DNA of 64,000 nucleotides, taken from NCBI RefSeq assembly GCF_963853765.1, contig NC_088856.1, positions 31,186,001 to 31,250,000 of the forward strand. The letters run 5' to 3'. Under the pieces are notes generated by a model that had not been told where the DNA came from, made no database searches, and saw nothing but the letters and a program-made list of their open reading frames with translations. Origin of the DNA: Magallana gigas. Taxonomy: Eukaryota. Shown here one piece after another: positions 24,093-37,669 of the stretch (positions are counted from its first letter, which is position 1; each line of letters starts with the position of its first letter). The translations under genes and the position numbers were made by a program.

Positions 24093-24964
24093 CGTTTCGT
24101 CTGCTAGACGTAACGAAGTGCCATTTTGTTGCGATGTAAACAATTTGCCCTACAATTCCGCAATATCACGTGATCGAAGTGTATAAAAGTCGACCGGAAA
24201 CCGCCGTTCCGGGGTATCTCGAAAGTTCCGTATTGCAGCCACTTTTTGAATAAAATGATGTTTAGAATTATTATTGAACATTTTACATTTGACATGGTAG
24301 ATTAAATACCAGATATGATTTGTTTATCAGATTTATCAATAAAATTAAACTAAAATTGAACTCAACAAATAATTACTATACTCTGTCCCGAGTTTTTGCT
24401 TCCACCACTTTTTGCATGATATTTCACTAATAGTAAATACCTTTGTGCTCAAACTACGTTCATCCACTAATATAAAAAATGTCCAGATTATCTGTTTTGA
24501 AACGCCCCCTCTACCGCTTCAGGTTTCAATACACATCCCGAAATTGAAAGTCTACGGAGATTTTGCATTGCAACAGCCATTATTAAGCCCGGATGATAAC
24601 GTTAAAAAATTGCGCGATGTATTCCGAGTGTATTCCGAATGGAGAAAAGATGTAAACATTCCCCATTATAAATCTCCGTAAGGAATCTGTTTTCGTTCCT
24701 GTTAATTTTTCTGAGTGGAAAGGGATAATTGTTCAATGAAAATATCTTGGATATATTCCCTTTTAACGATTTCAACTGTATTTCGTTCACAGGTATGTGT
24801 AATTTTATTAAAAATCACCAAAAAGCGATGGAAGCAATAACTTGGGACAGACTATAGTCATTGCATTTCTAAAGACCGTCAATTTATAATTTGAAAAAAA
24901 AGCACATTGTTACAATTAGTCACTTCCGGTCGAAATAGGTAACTTGCAATTGCAGCGAGATGCA

Positions 24965-27397
24965 GGAGTACCTGTATGTACAATGCTAAAACGAAATAGA
25001 AACGAAACGAAATTTACCGAAACGAAACAAAATGGAAACGAAATCATTACAAAACGAAACGAAAATTAATCAAATGAAAACAAAATCTACCGAAACAAAA
25101 CTATCAGAATGTTTTTCAAATCAAGGTATACAATTTTATCATACCTCTGGGAATATTTACTTCATTTGTATGTAAAATTAAAATGAATAAACATACTATT
25201 CTTATTATTTATAATAAAGCTTCTTTGTTTTATAGCTGCCCATGGTGATTGAAATTATTCATTTCCCCTTGTTTATGAACTCAGAACACCTGTGGTTTAA
25301 TTCGAGTCTCTATGTTGAATTCAAAGTATGATAACTCTAATTTGTTTACCTCAAGAAAATCTACATCGCCGACAAATCACGTATTTTTCAGTATAATTTA
25401 ATACCTATTTACTGACTATTCGGACATTTATTCCCAACCCCATCCTTGACAGCAACTATTTCACGAGGCTTCACTAAGAAAACGACGGAATCATTCTCGG
25501 TAGATGTAAATGTAAAATTTAAGTATATGTGTATATAAATATATTTGTACCAAATTGATGTAAATCACCTGCATACTGCAAGTATGCGCGAGCAAATTCA
25601 AAATATGGATTTTAAAATATGCGTAGTATTCTCCGATTTTTGTGTCTTACTGTTATTTTTAGCCCTCAATCAATTAAAATACAATCGAGACCAGGAAAAA
25701 CCCAAAATATTGCGAGCGGATGTACGTTTATTTGGTAGAAGAAAAGAAAAAGTGGCAACAAGCTTATTTAAAACATTCGTTTAAAGCAAAAATACCAAGA
25801 CTATAAAAATGATAAACATGCTAGTTATTTCTAAAGAAACGTTATCATGTATAAGGGAGGAGGTGAAAGCAAAGTTGCTCTCCATTGGAGTCGATGTTTG
25901 AGTAGAAGAAATATTGAAATTTGATGCTTTTAAATTAAAGAATGGGGCCAATAGCAATTATTCATTTACATTTATTGTATTGTCTATTATAATGGTTCAA
26001 TTTTGAAAATCATGAGAAGTATTTTTTGTACAAGCTAACTAATTTTCAGTTTGGGATAAACATTTTTTGTACAAGCTAACTATTCTGAGTTCAATATAAA
26101 CATATAATATGGTACAAGTTAACTATTTAGTTCTGGTCAAGCTCACTTCCCGTCAGCCTTACTGGCCAGTGCGGCCACACATTTGGAAATCCGTTTCCAA
26201 CCTGTTTAATGCGTGCCTCAAACCACTATGTAAGTCCTTTACATAGCAGTAATTGCTTTTATTTGTCAGTATTGAATCGTATTTTTGAAGTATAATTACA
26301 GATGGAAATTTATTAACCAAATCAAACATTCTTAAAAGTATGGCAAGCCATTATGGTCTTTAAAGTATATGTAATTTACACATATTTTCAAAGATATGAA
26401 GTAATGGTTTTACATATTCATATTTTGTAAATTATTTCTGTTTGTTGTAGATTTAACCAAAATTTAATATTGAATATTTTGTACGACGGTAATGTTTACC
26501 ACACAATGAAATATTAAACCATATGACTTTTAACGTGCTGTGTGTGGTTGGCTACATTTATCTGCCTGCATCAGGCAGAATATCTAAGTAAGAGAGAAAT
26601 GTAAAATTATGCAATTGCTCGTCATCTGAAAGTCTAATCACAAAGCCTTTCTATTGGTATTTTATTAGCAAACTCAAATGGTTTTATTAAAATTAAATTT
26701 CAATTTCGATTATGGTTTGAATTTATTTTGTATTTGATTTTTTAAAAATTTATCATATCTCTTCAAAAATTGCTTAATTATTCTCCACTTTTAATTTACT
26801 GTTTATGAAAAGCGTGATCTGATATAGTTTGGTGTTGGATAGGTCTTAAAATTTAATTCTGCGTTTCCAAATACACATACAAATGATTGTATTGAGAAGA
26901 ACCCGAAAGTGATAACTTAAGTTTTATATCAAGGCAAAGTATTAATAATAGGTTTGCACTAAAATGAGTAATAACTTTTTTAATATATAAGTGTAATCCA
27001 CACTTACAAACACGCACGTTTAGAAAGGCGCAAAATCTTTATCTTTCACTGTGTTTCAATAGAGACTTATTACGTATAAAATATACACTATATTATATAT
27101 TTTAAATCTTAATTATTTATCATATTAGTTCTATTTCGATTTCATTGTGCTCTATTTTATTTCAATTTTTTTTCCGTTTCTGTAGTTTTCGTTACGTTTC
27201 AATAGGTTTCGATTCGTTTCCATTTGATTTGATTTGTTTCGGAAGGTTTCGATTCGTTTCCATTTGATTTGATTTTGCTTTGTTTCGGTAGGTTTCGATT
27301 TAATTTCGTTTCGAATTCGTTTCGGTACAATTCGATACGTTTCGGTTGATTCCATTTCCTTTCGTTTCTATTTTGTTTCGCATTTTACAGTTACCCC
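24965..27397. mobile_element. 2.4-kb non-autonomous DNA transposon with GAAAC-repeat arms and 8-bp TSD
   Basis: Termini GGAGTACCTGTA / revcomp GGGGTAACTGTA, each followed by GAAAC(G) arrays (24985-25105; 27150-27380 inverted). Flanks GAGATGCA (24957-24964) and GATATGCA (27398-27405) form a TSD with one mismatch. No ORF inside. Confidence 0.72.
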
Positions 27398-27482
27398 GAT
27401 ATGCAGATCTTGTTGACAAGTATAGTAATAAATGGAAGTGTTTTTTATAAACTGATTAAGACTAGAAGCACCTAAGCCTTAA

Positions 27483-27981
27483 AGGGGCATGGTCACGAAT
27501 TTTGTCAAAAATTATTTTTTCGATTTTAATGTTTATAATGCTTCAGTAAGGCATTTTTAATAGGCAACCCAAATTTGAGTGACAGTTGTTGAGTTATGAG
27601 CAAGTTATACTTTTTAGAGCTTACACTTCCTCGCTATGTAAACAAAGCTTTTGTTTACATTTTGAATGTTGAAGTGAAAATTCAAGTTTTAGACGTAAAA
27701 TGAATGTATTAATGGTTAGGAACTGTTTATTCATGTTTAAAATGAATAAGAATTTTGACAAATCATCTTGAAAAAGATTTTTTACTGGGATATTGAACCT
27801 ATGTAAACAAAAACAGGGCACGAGCCTTGTTTACATGACGAAGAATTGTGAGCCCTGTATCTCGCTTAAAACTCATCAACGGCCACCCAAATATACTTGA
27901 TCAATAGAAATGTATTCAAAAAGCATTGTCAATAATAAAAACAGGAAAATAAAATTTGACCAAAATCGTGACCATGCCCCT
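27483..27981. mobile_element. Kolobok-like MITE with TTAA target duplication
   Basis: TTAA|AGGGGCATGGTCACGA...TCGTGACCATGCCCCT|TTAA: a 16-bp perfect TIR that extends imperfectly inward. Confidence 0.88.
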
Positions 27982-28943
27982 TTAACACTGTTTTCTTTAT
28001 TTTTTTTTTTTTTTTTTTTACAGTTTTATAAGTACTAGTAATGTGGTTATAACTATATACTAGTAATCATCTTGTTTTCATTGTAAGTTACTCTTTATAC
28101 AAAAATACGGTATAATACTATGCACATAGATGTATATTCTTCGGACCAGTATCAATTTAATGTGTTTCGCCTGTCTGCCCTAGTTAATTATTAATCAGCT
28201 GCTAAAAAGCCACCAATTTAAGGAATGTAAAAACTGTCACTGAGTTTTGTGGCTAGATGTTGGTTACAATCCAATGACGGAATTAATCAATATTCAAAGG
28301 ACAAGTGTTCGCAACCCCATTCCACGGTTTAATCGTCTAGTTATCGAAAATCTGATTTGCTGGTTATACGGCTGTCATGTTGGGTATCCAGTACTCTACA
28401 CCGTCACAAATAATCGTCTGTCATAAATCATCCTTGCATTTACATAATTCCTATATTTAAAAATGTGTGCAGCAATTTTATTCTTTATTAAGACAAACTT
28501 TGCCGTTATGTACAACGTTAATTATTCATTGACAGTCTGTAAAACTATACATCAGTTTAATATGTCTATACATATATGTCTATGTATACATCAACAGCCC
28601 TCGGTAATGTTGTACCAAGATGCCATGGTGGATTTCATGGACACGTTTTGTTTTGGCAACAGTTTCTAGGTACAATTTGAAAAACACAATCATTGATAAA
28701 AAAAAAAATCAATCCTAGGTTGCTTTTTTTTTATTCTCCCGAGTTCAAAGAATTTTCTCTTGCGGCTCGGGTGCTTTTTTGTGAATATTCTATTAAGAGG
28801 TTGGAAATTCCCCGAGTTCTGCTTGGAAACGAACACAAACAGAATTCAATACAATTTGTTTAGAAATACTGCCAGATTTCCTTTTCAGATCTTAAGAATA
28901 AGACTTATTTTTTCTCAGGGAAATATTAGGGTTGTAGAGAAAG

Positions 28944-29671
28944 ATGGCAGAGAATATGGATATGACTAACCGGGACCCGAACAACTTGAACAGTCATCTT
29001 GGGGTAAGTCCTTTTCTCTTCGTTGGCTGCGTTTTAGATGATATGCAACCTTTGAACTACTATACGTGTAGTCAATTCTTTAAAATTTGGGCTTAAAAGT
29101 TTAGAATTAAATATAACTTCATAAAATCGATCAATTTCAAGTTAATAGAATGTAAATTAATTCGATCGTTTTGGAAAGAACTTTTGCTGTTTCAAAAGAA
29201 AATACGTACGTTACATGAATGTAATACATCACATGAATTTTTAAAGCATTAAACCACTTTCTTGTTTAAACTTCATATTTTTTGACGCCAATATGATATC
29301 GGGTATAAAATCATTCAGCAACAGAATTTCACCTTTTGCAGACGCTGCTTTTCAATGACGTCATCGGTGAACCGGACGGGGCGCACAGTATCGACTGTGT
29401 TTGGAAGTTGTCGCGCGCCTGTTTCGAGTGCTGCAAGGGCCTATGCTACAAGCTGATGACGCTGTGTTGCGGATGTTGCATAGCTGCGCAGTGGGGTTGC
29501 GAGTTCGCATACATCGCTTTCTGGCACGTCTGGTACATCACTCCCATGTTCAAGGTTTTGGAGATCAACTGTTCGGTCTGTCAGCGCCTGTATTCCATGT
29601 GTATCAACTGCTGTATGACCCCGGTGTGTGAAGCTTTTGGTGGGATCTTTCACCACTTTAAGCGCACTTAA
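28944..29671 (+). CDS. Caveolin-like protein A (2 coding exons, 129 aa)
   Basis: Exon 28944-29003 (MAENMDMTNRDPNNLNSHLG|GTAAGT) plus exon 29342-29671 (TLLFNDVIGEPDGAHSIDCVW...). NRDP..LN and F.DV..EP.G.HS.D.VW are caveolin hallmarks. An upstream acceptor at 28917-28918 implies a 5'-UTR exon. Orthology to vertebrate CAV1/2/3 was not assigned. Confidence 0.93.
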
Positions 29672-31149
29672 CGAGAAAGAGTCGTGGCTGCAAGAAGAAA
29701 CTTTGGTTTTTGGAATGTTTAACAGATATGTGATATAACTTTTCCGAATATTGATTTTTTTATTTAAATCTTATTTATTATTTTCATATTTTTGTTATCA
29801 ATTTATAATAACCGTTATATTGCTCAGATTACTCACTGAATGATAAATATTGTAAGATAAAAGTATTTATATAAAACGTCGTAAATCGACATTTTATTTT
29901 ACAATCGATTTATTTCATTTTCACAATAAATAAAAAATTCAATGTCATTTTATTATTTATAAAAATTCAATGTCATCTTATTATTTATAACTAGGGTGAA
30001 TAAGAAAATTGAATATATGATACCCAATTAAAGCATTTTATTTTGCCCATCATTTTTTTTGTTGTTAAAATAAAACCCTATCAATGGACATTTAATTCAA
30101 GAAATGTGAAACTAAAAAATCAGTGTTGAGATTTTTTACAGTATAACACAGGATTTGAATAAAGAAATTTGAATCATTTAATATTTATTCGTTTGATGAG
30201 ATATCGGCGCTTCTGATTGGTCGAAAAATTTCTTTGATACCTGCATCAATAAAATTTTTCGCCGGATCTACTTTTATCAACTGTTCTGATCTAAAGCTAT
30301 TTATAGAACGGGAATTTCCAAGATAAACACTGTCAACAAAATGTAAAGTTGTGTTTGTTTTATTGTCAGCAAACAAAATGCAACCTTGTGAATATAAAAA
30401 CCAGAAAGTTTAACCTTCAAAAATAAACAAAACACATTATTTGATTCACGAAATGGAAAATTAAAGCGTCTTCTCACGATTTCGTCTGCTTGAGATCAAT
30501 CAACATTTACAGCGAGGCTGGCTGTTCCTTTTCCATGAATATTATAACGAACATATACGCCTATAAACTTTCACGGAAACACTGCTGTTCAAATTTGGTA
30601 ACGATAATTTTTAAATTTACACACGTACATGATCGGTCTTCAGAATAAGCGTCCTAAAGAAAAGCTATGAGAAGGTATCAACTCCTTCGGCGCATTCCAA
30701 GCGGCAGATACACCATTTAAGTACATCACTGGCTATCTAGTTACCACACCGTTTACAAAAGTCGCTTATACATACTATTCTTTGTCGACATATCAGCTAT
30801 TTTCGTCCACGATCGCCTTTCCTTGGATGGTTATGTCCAGTTGCATATTCCAGCGATCTCACATGAAAACTAGTTTTATTACGAGTTTTTCTGCACAGTG
30901 AATAATATCACAAGCTACCGCATGTATTTTCCTTTCGTTTTCAATTCAGCCAGTTCAGATTTTAACTCACTATTTGTGTTTAATCCATTAAATTCAGTTC
31001 AATAGCTCTGCATCAGCTGAAGACGCATCCATTTTGAATATTGTTGCTGTTGTTGTTTTGTATTCATACGCGCCGCTTCATTTACATTATTTACATTTTT
31101 GATCAATGACACTTCACATTTTTTTATTTGAAAATGTTTTATTAAATGA

Positions 31150-31309
31150 TAAGAAATGAAGATAATAATTTTTCTATTGATCGACGTATCAAAGAAAAAA
31201 TTGACCGGAAAACTTTTTCATCAATGCGCTACGCGCATTGATGAAGTTTTCCGGTCAATTTTTTCTTTGATATGTCGATCAATAGAAAAATTATTATCTT
31301 CATTTCTTA
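31150..31309. mobile_element. 160-bp near-perfect palindrome (foldback mini-element)
   Basis: TAAGAAATGAAG...CAATGCGC-TAC-GCGCATTG...CTTCATTTCTTA, with one 3-nt bulge and about one mismatch. Confidence 0.85.
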
Positions 31310-32069
31310 AATCACAAAAATGATTATTTCTTGATAAAGTTAATTCAAACGTGCGTTAACGTTGCGTCATGCGTTAGGATACAATTATGATTGATAAAAC
31401 GTGTTTATCAAATAAAGCTAAGCCTTATAGTAGCTTAATGATAAAAAAAAAACCGGTTGTTGAATCGGCGTGCTATACATGTACCGTAGCAAATATCTTG
31501 TCAGATTTGCATGTTTTAAAATATTTTAGCATCAAAGTACTTCCGACTCCTCACATATCCTGCTCGCATTCCTGGTCGCAGTTAGTCAAGTACTGAAAGT
31601 AATAGTGAAAGTGAAAGTTGATGTATACACCTACTGGTAGGTTTTGAAGAAACATATGTATACCCACTTAATATCTGATCGCGATTTGCATTACATTTCT
31701 AATAGCATTGATTAATATGATATGGTAAGTTAAGAAATTATAAAGCATATTATAATCCTCCACCCTTGATGTTTTTATGGTTAAATCCGTGATATGTTTG
31801 TTTAGATTTGAAAATGAATATGTAAACATTCAAATTAAACTTAAATATCGGTATGTTGCAAATATTTTGTTCATGCTGTAGGAGCTAACACAGGTACACT
31901 ATCAACGCAATTATAGCGACGACTGCTCTCCAATCAAACATCACATTTTTTTTTTTACTGATTTCTATATAATAAAGCAATTTTTTATACAAATCTCAGG
32001 TCTAGAGCCAATTTATTTCAGACACCACTGAATGATAACGATGCGTGTTGTAGTAGCCTATCTGATAAC

Positions 32070-32530
32070 GGACCGATTACATACATTTGTTTACATAGTT
32101 TACATTTGTTACGTCGGATTGTATGCAGTCTTACATTTTAGGACCGATTACATACATTGGTTTACATAGTTTACATTTGTTACGGATTGTTTCCATAGTT
32201 GCATTTAAGGGCCGATTACATACATTAAAGGTATGATTACAAAGTTACTTCAACGGAATGATTACATATTACCTTTACGGAATGATCATTGAAATTATTA
32301 CATATATTTCTGTTTGTGTTTATATTATATTTAGGACTGATTACATAATGAACACACCGATAACAAACTTTTACGTAATGATTACATACATTTAGGACTG
32401 ATAACATACACTGACGGAATAATTACATACATTTAGGACTGATAATATACACTGACGGAATAATTACATACATTTACGGACAGATTACATACAAGACTGA
32501 TTACATACATTTGCTGACTGATTTTACAAG
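32070..32530 (+). repeat. Degenerate minisatellite built on (GACC/GACT)GATTACATACATTT
   Basis: The motif recurs more than ten times with variable spacers. Confidence 0.7.
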
Positions 32531-32818
32531 TTTACAATAAATAGGTTACTGAAGAACCCGGGAATTGAAAGGATTGAATACTGTACTTCTCACATTAATT
32601 CTTCGTGTGCATGGTGACTCTACAAGATGCCGGATGCTGTGTGTTAATTATATCTCACGATCAATAGTCATTTAATAAACTCGAGTCAATTATACACTAA
32701 CTTGCGTGATTTTACAAAATATCTGTGAATAAAAGCAGCAACAATTAATATTATTGGTTTTCTATCCGTAATTTTTATTTCTTTTATATGGCTGAATCTG
32801 AATCAATTTTACTTCGGG

Positions 32819-32820
<2 letters not shown>

Positions 32821-32879
<59 letters not shown>
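32821..32879. repeat. (GA)n microsatellite
   Basis: About 29 perfect GA units. Confidence 0.98.
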
Positions 32880-32887
<8 letters not shown>

Positions 32888-35800
32888 CGGAATATCAATC
32901 ACAGGCCAGATGCTGACTGTACTGTTTAGATCTGTAAAGTTTTTGAGATTTATAGACGCAAGTCTGAAAATGAACTGCGACGTCCATCCTATTTTTTTTT
33001 TCAGACCGGGAGCTACAGACCTGCAGCTAAAAAAAGATTTACGGAGCTCGAGATCAGAATGGTGAAAGATTTTTAGTTCACTGGTTTTAAATTATTCAAT
33101 AAAATTCATTTGTAACAAATTTGTATTCTTTGAATCAATTTTTTAATATCAAATTGGTATATAGACATGAGCTGTGCAGAAAATAAAGTACATGTAAAAA
33201 CAGAGAGTAAAGGAAGATAAGATTAGTACGGTGAAAATGATACCCCCACCTCACGCCACTCAAAAAAAAAAATGATACGTTCCAATGTAGCTGACATCAT
33301 GCCAGAAAATCAATAGAAAAAAGGAAAAGACTTATTATTCATTGATGATAGACCTACATCACAAAGTATTGGTGATGTTTTTATAGCTGTTCAATGATGC
33401 CTATTGATTTTTTTCCTCTCTTTTTAACAATATCTGACCGATATTATTTCTTCTCATCACTGCATGCAGAATTGTACAATAAGTTATGACTGAACACAAT
33501 TAAACGTAGTTGGTATAATTATATTCATTTTGTGGGGGAGGGGTTTTTTTTTGGGGGGGGGGGTGATGTTCAAAATGTAAGTTGAAATATATATTTGGTA
33601 TAGCTATACCTTTTTTATTCTTCAATGACCGGATTATGTACAGAAATGTAATAATAGTACAATATGAGATCTAGGAAATGTCAAAATACAGAATAGGAAA
33701 AATTGACAAAATATAGATATAGGTCTTATTCTCAAAAAAAAAAGACAGTTGTCGGATCTAACATCGGGATCGACCTCAAACACCCCGCCCCATCCCTAGA
33801 AAAAAAAATCATTTATCTGTTCTTTGAACTGTGTTTGGTGTAGAATTAAAATTGCCTTTAATTTATAATATGGTGTACGTTTTTCTTTTATTTTGTACTT
33901 ATGATATTGATTGGTGGCACTGTATCGTTTAAAATTTCACCCAACCCATTGGCTTGCACCGGTCGATCAATTATTAATCAAGACCAGCTTTTTTCCTTGC
34001 TTTGAATAATTTATACCATAGATTAACTAGATATTTCAATGTAAAATTTAAGGTTTAATTGTAAGTTGCGTTTATATTACTAGACAAGAAATGTAAAATA
34101 ACTTTTACTCCAATAACAATTTTATTAAAACATATTCACTCTATATCATATTTTGTTTTCTAAATTGAAATATCAAAATTAATGTTAATTTAACATTATA
34201 CATGAGTCTGTCTAAAATTATAATTCCATTTTTTTTAATCCTCAAAACAAATATATCTGTACTTTCATATATGTTAATTGCATATTAAATACATGTACCT
34301 GTACATATATGTCCAAAAGCTATCATATTTTGATGAACTTTAGATAGTACGAGCTGACGAGAAATAGGACAAATTAAATATAGCACTTGATAGACATGAA
34401 AAGAAGCGTTTCATTATAGATCGACTAGGGGGGAAAAATCGAGCACAGGACCAGTTGCGGATACCTGAATTGCGCTTCTTTGCATGTCATGGTGCGATAA
34501 TTGATGCGAAACTGCAGCCGTTTATTCGATGAGATAAAGGAACTTGTAATTTATCGCCCATTGTGTGTAATAAGGAAACTGAGTTGAAAATTGGTAAATA
34601 AATGCAATTCTAACGCTTTACACATATAAACGATATCCAATCAATTCTGCATATAATATGATATATCCTTGATATTCTGTTTTTAAGGGATGTGTACTGT
34701 GTACTTGTACTCTTTTTAAATCTTTGCACAAAAAAAACATTCTACAGTGTACATGGAAATGAATTATATTACATGTACATGACCCAAGTCTATAAGTTTT
34801 TAGCCTTAGTTGTGTTTTTTAAAATATTTTCCGAGGTCAGATTAAGTCTGGGTTGGAGATTTTGTTTTAAGAAGATTTCATAATTTTTAATGATATTAGT
34901 AATCACGATACGATTATTATAGCAGCCGCAGTATATGGCATTAGTGTTACACAATTAACTGCGTAATTATTATAAAACCGACAATTAGCGTCCATTGTGT
35001 TTAGACAGATTTGAATCGCTAATCTGGATTTATTTACAATTCGTCGGATGACACCGTCTGGCAAATCTTCGGTATCTATAAACAAAATTGAAGATATTAT
35101 TTATCGTTAAAAAAATGTTTAGAATATATAATTTATGTGTATATTTATATGCATATAGAGGATGTGTACAGAAAAATATTGGCGACCATTATTTCATTTA
35201 ATACATTATTCAATTCACTTATTCCCTCAAAACCATATATAAGTAAGTAATTTTATTAGTAAGTAAGTAATTTATTTATATTTATAGTGACCTGTGTATA
35301 CATTTCCAAGTGTAATATTAACAACAGTCAGCATAGATTAAACACCCGGCCCGTCGGGCCTATATGCCACTTTGAATAATTTCTCGTATGAGTTAAACCT
35401 AAAGTCTTTATTATTATGTATTGAGGAAATAATTTTCCCGAGAGCACGTCCCCCTGCTCTAGCTAGCCTTTCTCCATTTTCTATAAAGTTTCCTGAGTAA
35501 GTAAATGTTATTCCCAGATACTTATAACTATCAACTGTTTCTATAGTTTATTAGACCCAATAGTAAATTCAAAATCCGTCGCTCTTGCCCTACTTTTATA
35601 GGGTTTATATAACTGGTACATGTAGATGGTGATTGTACAAATCTTATAAACATATTTACATAAATGCAGTCTGGATGAGCAGAGCTTGCTGATTGTTTGT
35701 GGAGAACAGACAATCTCAAACTCTTTTTAGCTATGAATTATAAGGTTTTTATCATTTTTTTTTAATGGGGGGGGGGGGGGGGTGGTTAAATACATTTACA

Positions 35801-36646
35801 TAGTTGGTATACGACAATGAATTACAAATTTGGTTGAAGTTCCGCTGAATACTACATGTAAAATGTATATTCTTGAAAGAAATTCTTTTCTAACCAGAGG
35901 TAAAATTTTGCAACCCAACAGGCAGTGAAATTCGCCCCCAATTTGATTATTATTACATAAGTTACAAACTAGAAAGTTATTTCCACTGAAAAAAGTAACA
36001 CAAAAAACTTTTTTCAAAAATGTCCTCCGATTTTCCCGATCATTTTATGATTATCACACATAGCAAACGTTTTATTCATTATCAATTTTATTATAAAAAA
36101 CATTTTATTAAAGAATAAAGTTAAGGTTAATTCGCAAGCCTATTTATTATATTTAATAGACTAATAAGCAACATAATATAAAGGTATTATCCAATACATT
36201 TGAATCCATATCAAATATACATATTCTTGACAACGTATTATTTTGTTACAAAACTGAAAAGAATTATCATTAAAAATAAAATAATTATGATCAATACATC
36301 AATCTTTACATTCGCTATCACGGATTGATTAATTAAATTGAAAGTAACATGTAAAGCAAAGCAATACCCGTTTAATATATCACTTTGATACAAAACAAAA
36401 CCCAACTAATTAACATTCATCAAATTATCACGGTAGTTGAAATACTTCTGGGAAACATTTATTTTATTGTTATTTCAAAAGATTAAATTTGTTTACTTTC
36501 ATTTCCGAATTAAAACAGCGGGTGTGTGAATGTAAAATTACGATAAATTGTCCGTCCTGTTTGGACATATCGTTTGTACTGGACAAAAGAAATCTTTATA
36601 TTTTAGCTGCGTTTCGGGGGGCAACGCACCGTCGGGGGTTCGGCTG

Positions 36647-36690
36647 TATATAAAAAAGGACTAATGGCGTATCGAATCCTGTCAGTATTG
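36647..36690 (+). promoter_or_regulatory. Candidate TATA box and Inr of caveolin B
   Basis: TATATAAA at 36647-36654 and TCAGT at 36682-36686, about 65 nt upstream of the ATG. The spacing is a few bases longer than typical. Confidence 0.45.
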
Positions 36691-36747
36691 TATATTGCTT
36701 GAACACTAACGGAAACGTACCTACAGGAAAATATACACTAGATAAAA

Positions 36748-37669
36748 ATGGAAGTCGACCTTGTCAACAGAGATCCTAACAGTTTGAACGCCCATCTTGG
36801 GGTATGTATATGTATATTCTTTTCGAATATTTAGGAATATTGATTCGGTTTGTGTCAGCTAGCTAGAAGTCTGTTTCAAATGACGATAGGTGTTTTGTAA
36901 ACTGCGCTGAACTTTGAAAATTGAAATCTTAGCAATATTGCTTTTTTTTTAAAAATAAATCTCTAAAGATATTTTGTAAATCCAAAAGTAAGTTGGATAC
37001 ATTTGCCCCAAAAAGTCGCATGCATTCACCGCAGATGCTTTTTTTTTGCATCATCTTTTTTATTTTCATTTTAAAAATCAAATGTATTTTCTTGAATAGA
37101 TTTTTTACTTTTATTGCGAGATTGGATTTTTTATACAATTAGCTCAGATCTAGAACACTTTTATAATCTTTCTACGAATGTATCTTTTCTGTTTTTTTCC
37201 GGTAAAACACGATTGCCGGATAGGCAATGATTCCTGTTTTTAACAAAAGCAAATTGCAGTAACATGATATTTATTTAAAATTACACGCTTATTTACCAAT
37301 ATTGAATATGAAAAATCAAGGATTGTTTTTTTATTTTAACAGACCCTTCATTTCAATGATGTTTTTGGAGAGCCTGACGGTACCCACAGTATTGACTGCG
37401 TCTGGAAATTGTCCCACGCCTGCTTTAACCTCTGGAAAAACCTCTGCTACAAAATACTGACCCTGTGTTTCGGTTGCTGCATCGCCGCAGAGTGGGGCTG
37501 TGAGTTTGCCTATATCGCCTTCTACCACGTCTGGTATATCACTCCATTCTTCAAGTGGCTCGAGATCAATTGCGGGGTTTGCCAACGTCTCTATTCTATG
37601 TGCATCAACTGCTGCATGACGCCATGCTTCGAGTCATGTGGAGGAATCTTCCATCATTTCAAGAAATGA
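36748..37669 (+). CDS. Caveolin-like protein B (2 coding exons, 126 aa)
   Basis: Exon 36748-36801 (MEVDLVNRDPNSLNAHLG|GTATGT) plus exon 37343-37669 (TLHFNDVFGEPDGTHSIDCVW...FHHFKK). Same phase-0 intron position as copy A. Confidence 0.93.

Larger units (their letters stand above)
20632..24235. mobile_element. ISL2EU-like (PIF/Harbinger/ISL2EU/Spy group) DNA transposon, degenerate
   Basis: Perfect 18-bp inverted repeat CAATACGGAACTTTCGAG (20632-20649 / 24218-24235) with shared subterminal AATTGTAGGGCA. It encloses two convergent genes: a YqaJ nuclease and a THAP + DDE_Tnp_4-type transposase, the gene pair described for ISL2EU. No TSD was resolved. Confidence 0.82.

Noticed and set aside
27152-27355. 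67-aa repetitive ORF
   Set aside because: Translation of the GAAAC subterminal repeats.
30185-31030. Coding-like minus-strand stretch beginning ATGGATGCGTCT
   Set aside because: Stops in all frames and no recognisable motif; it cannot be assigned without a search.
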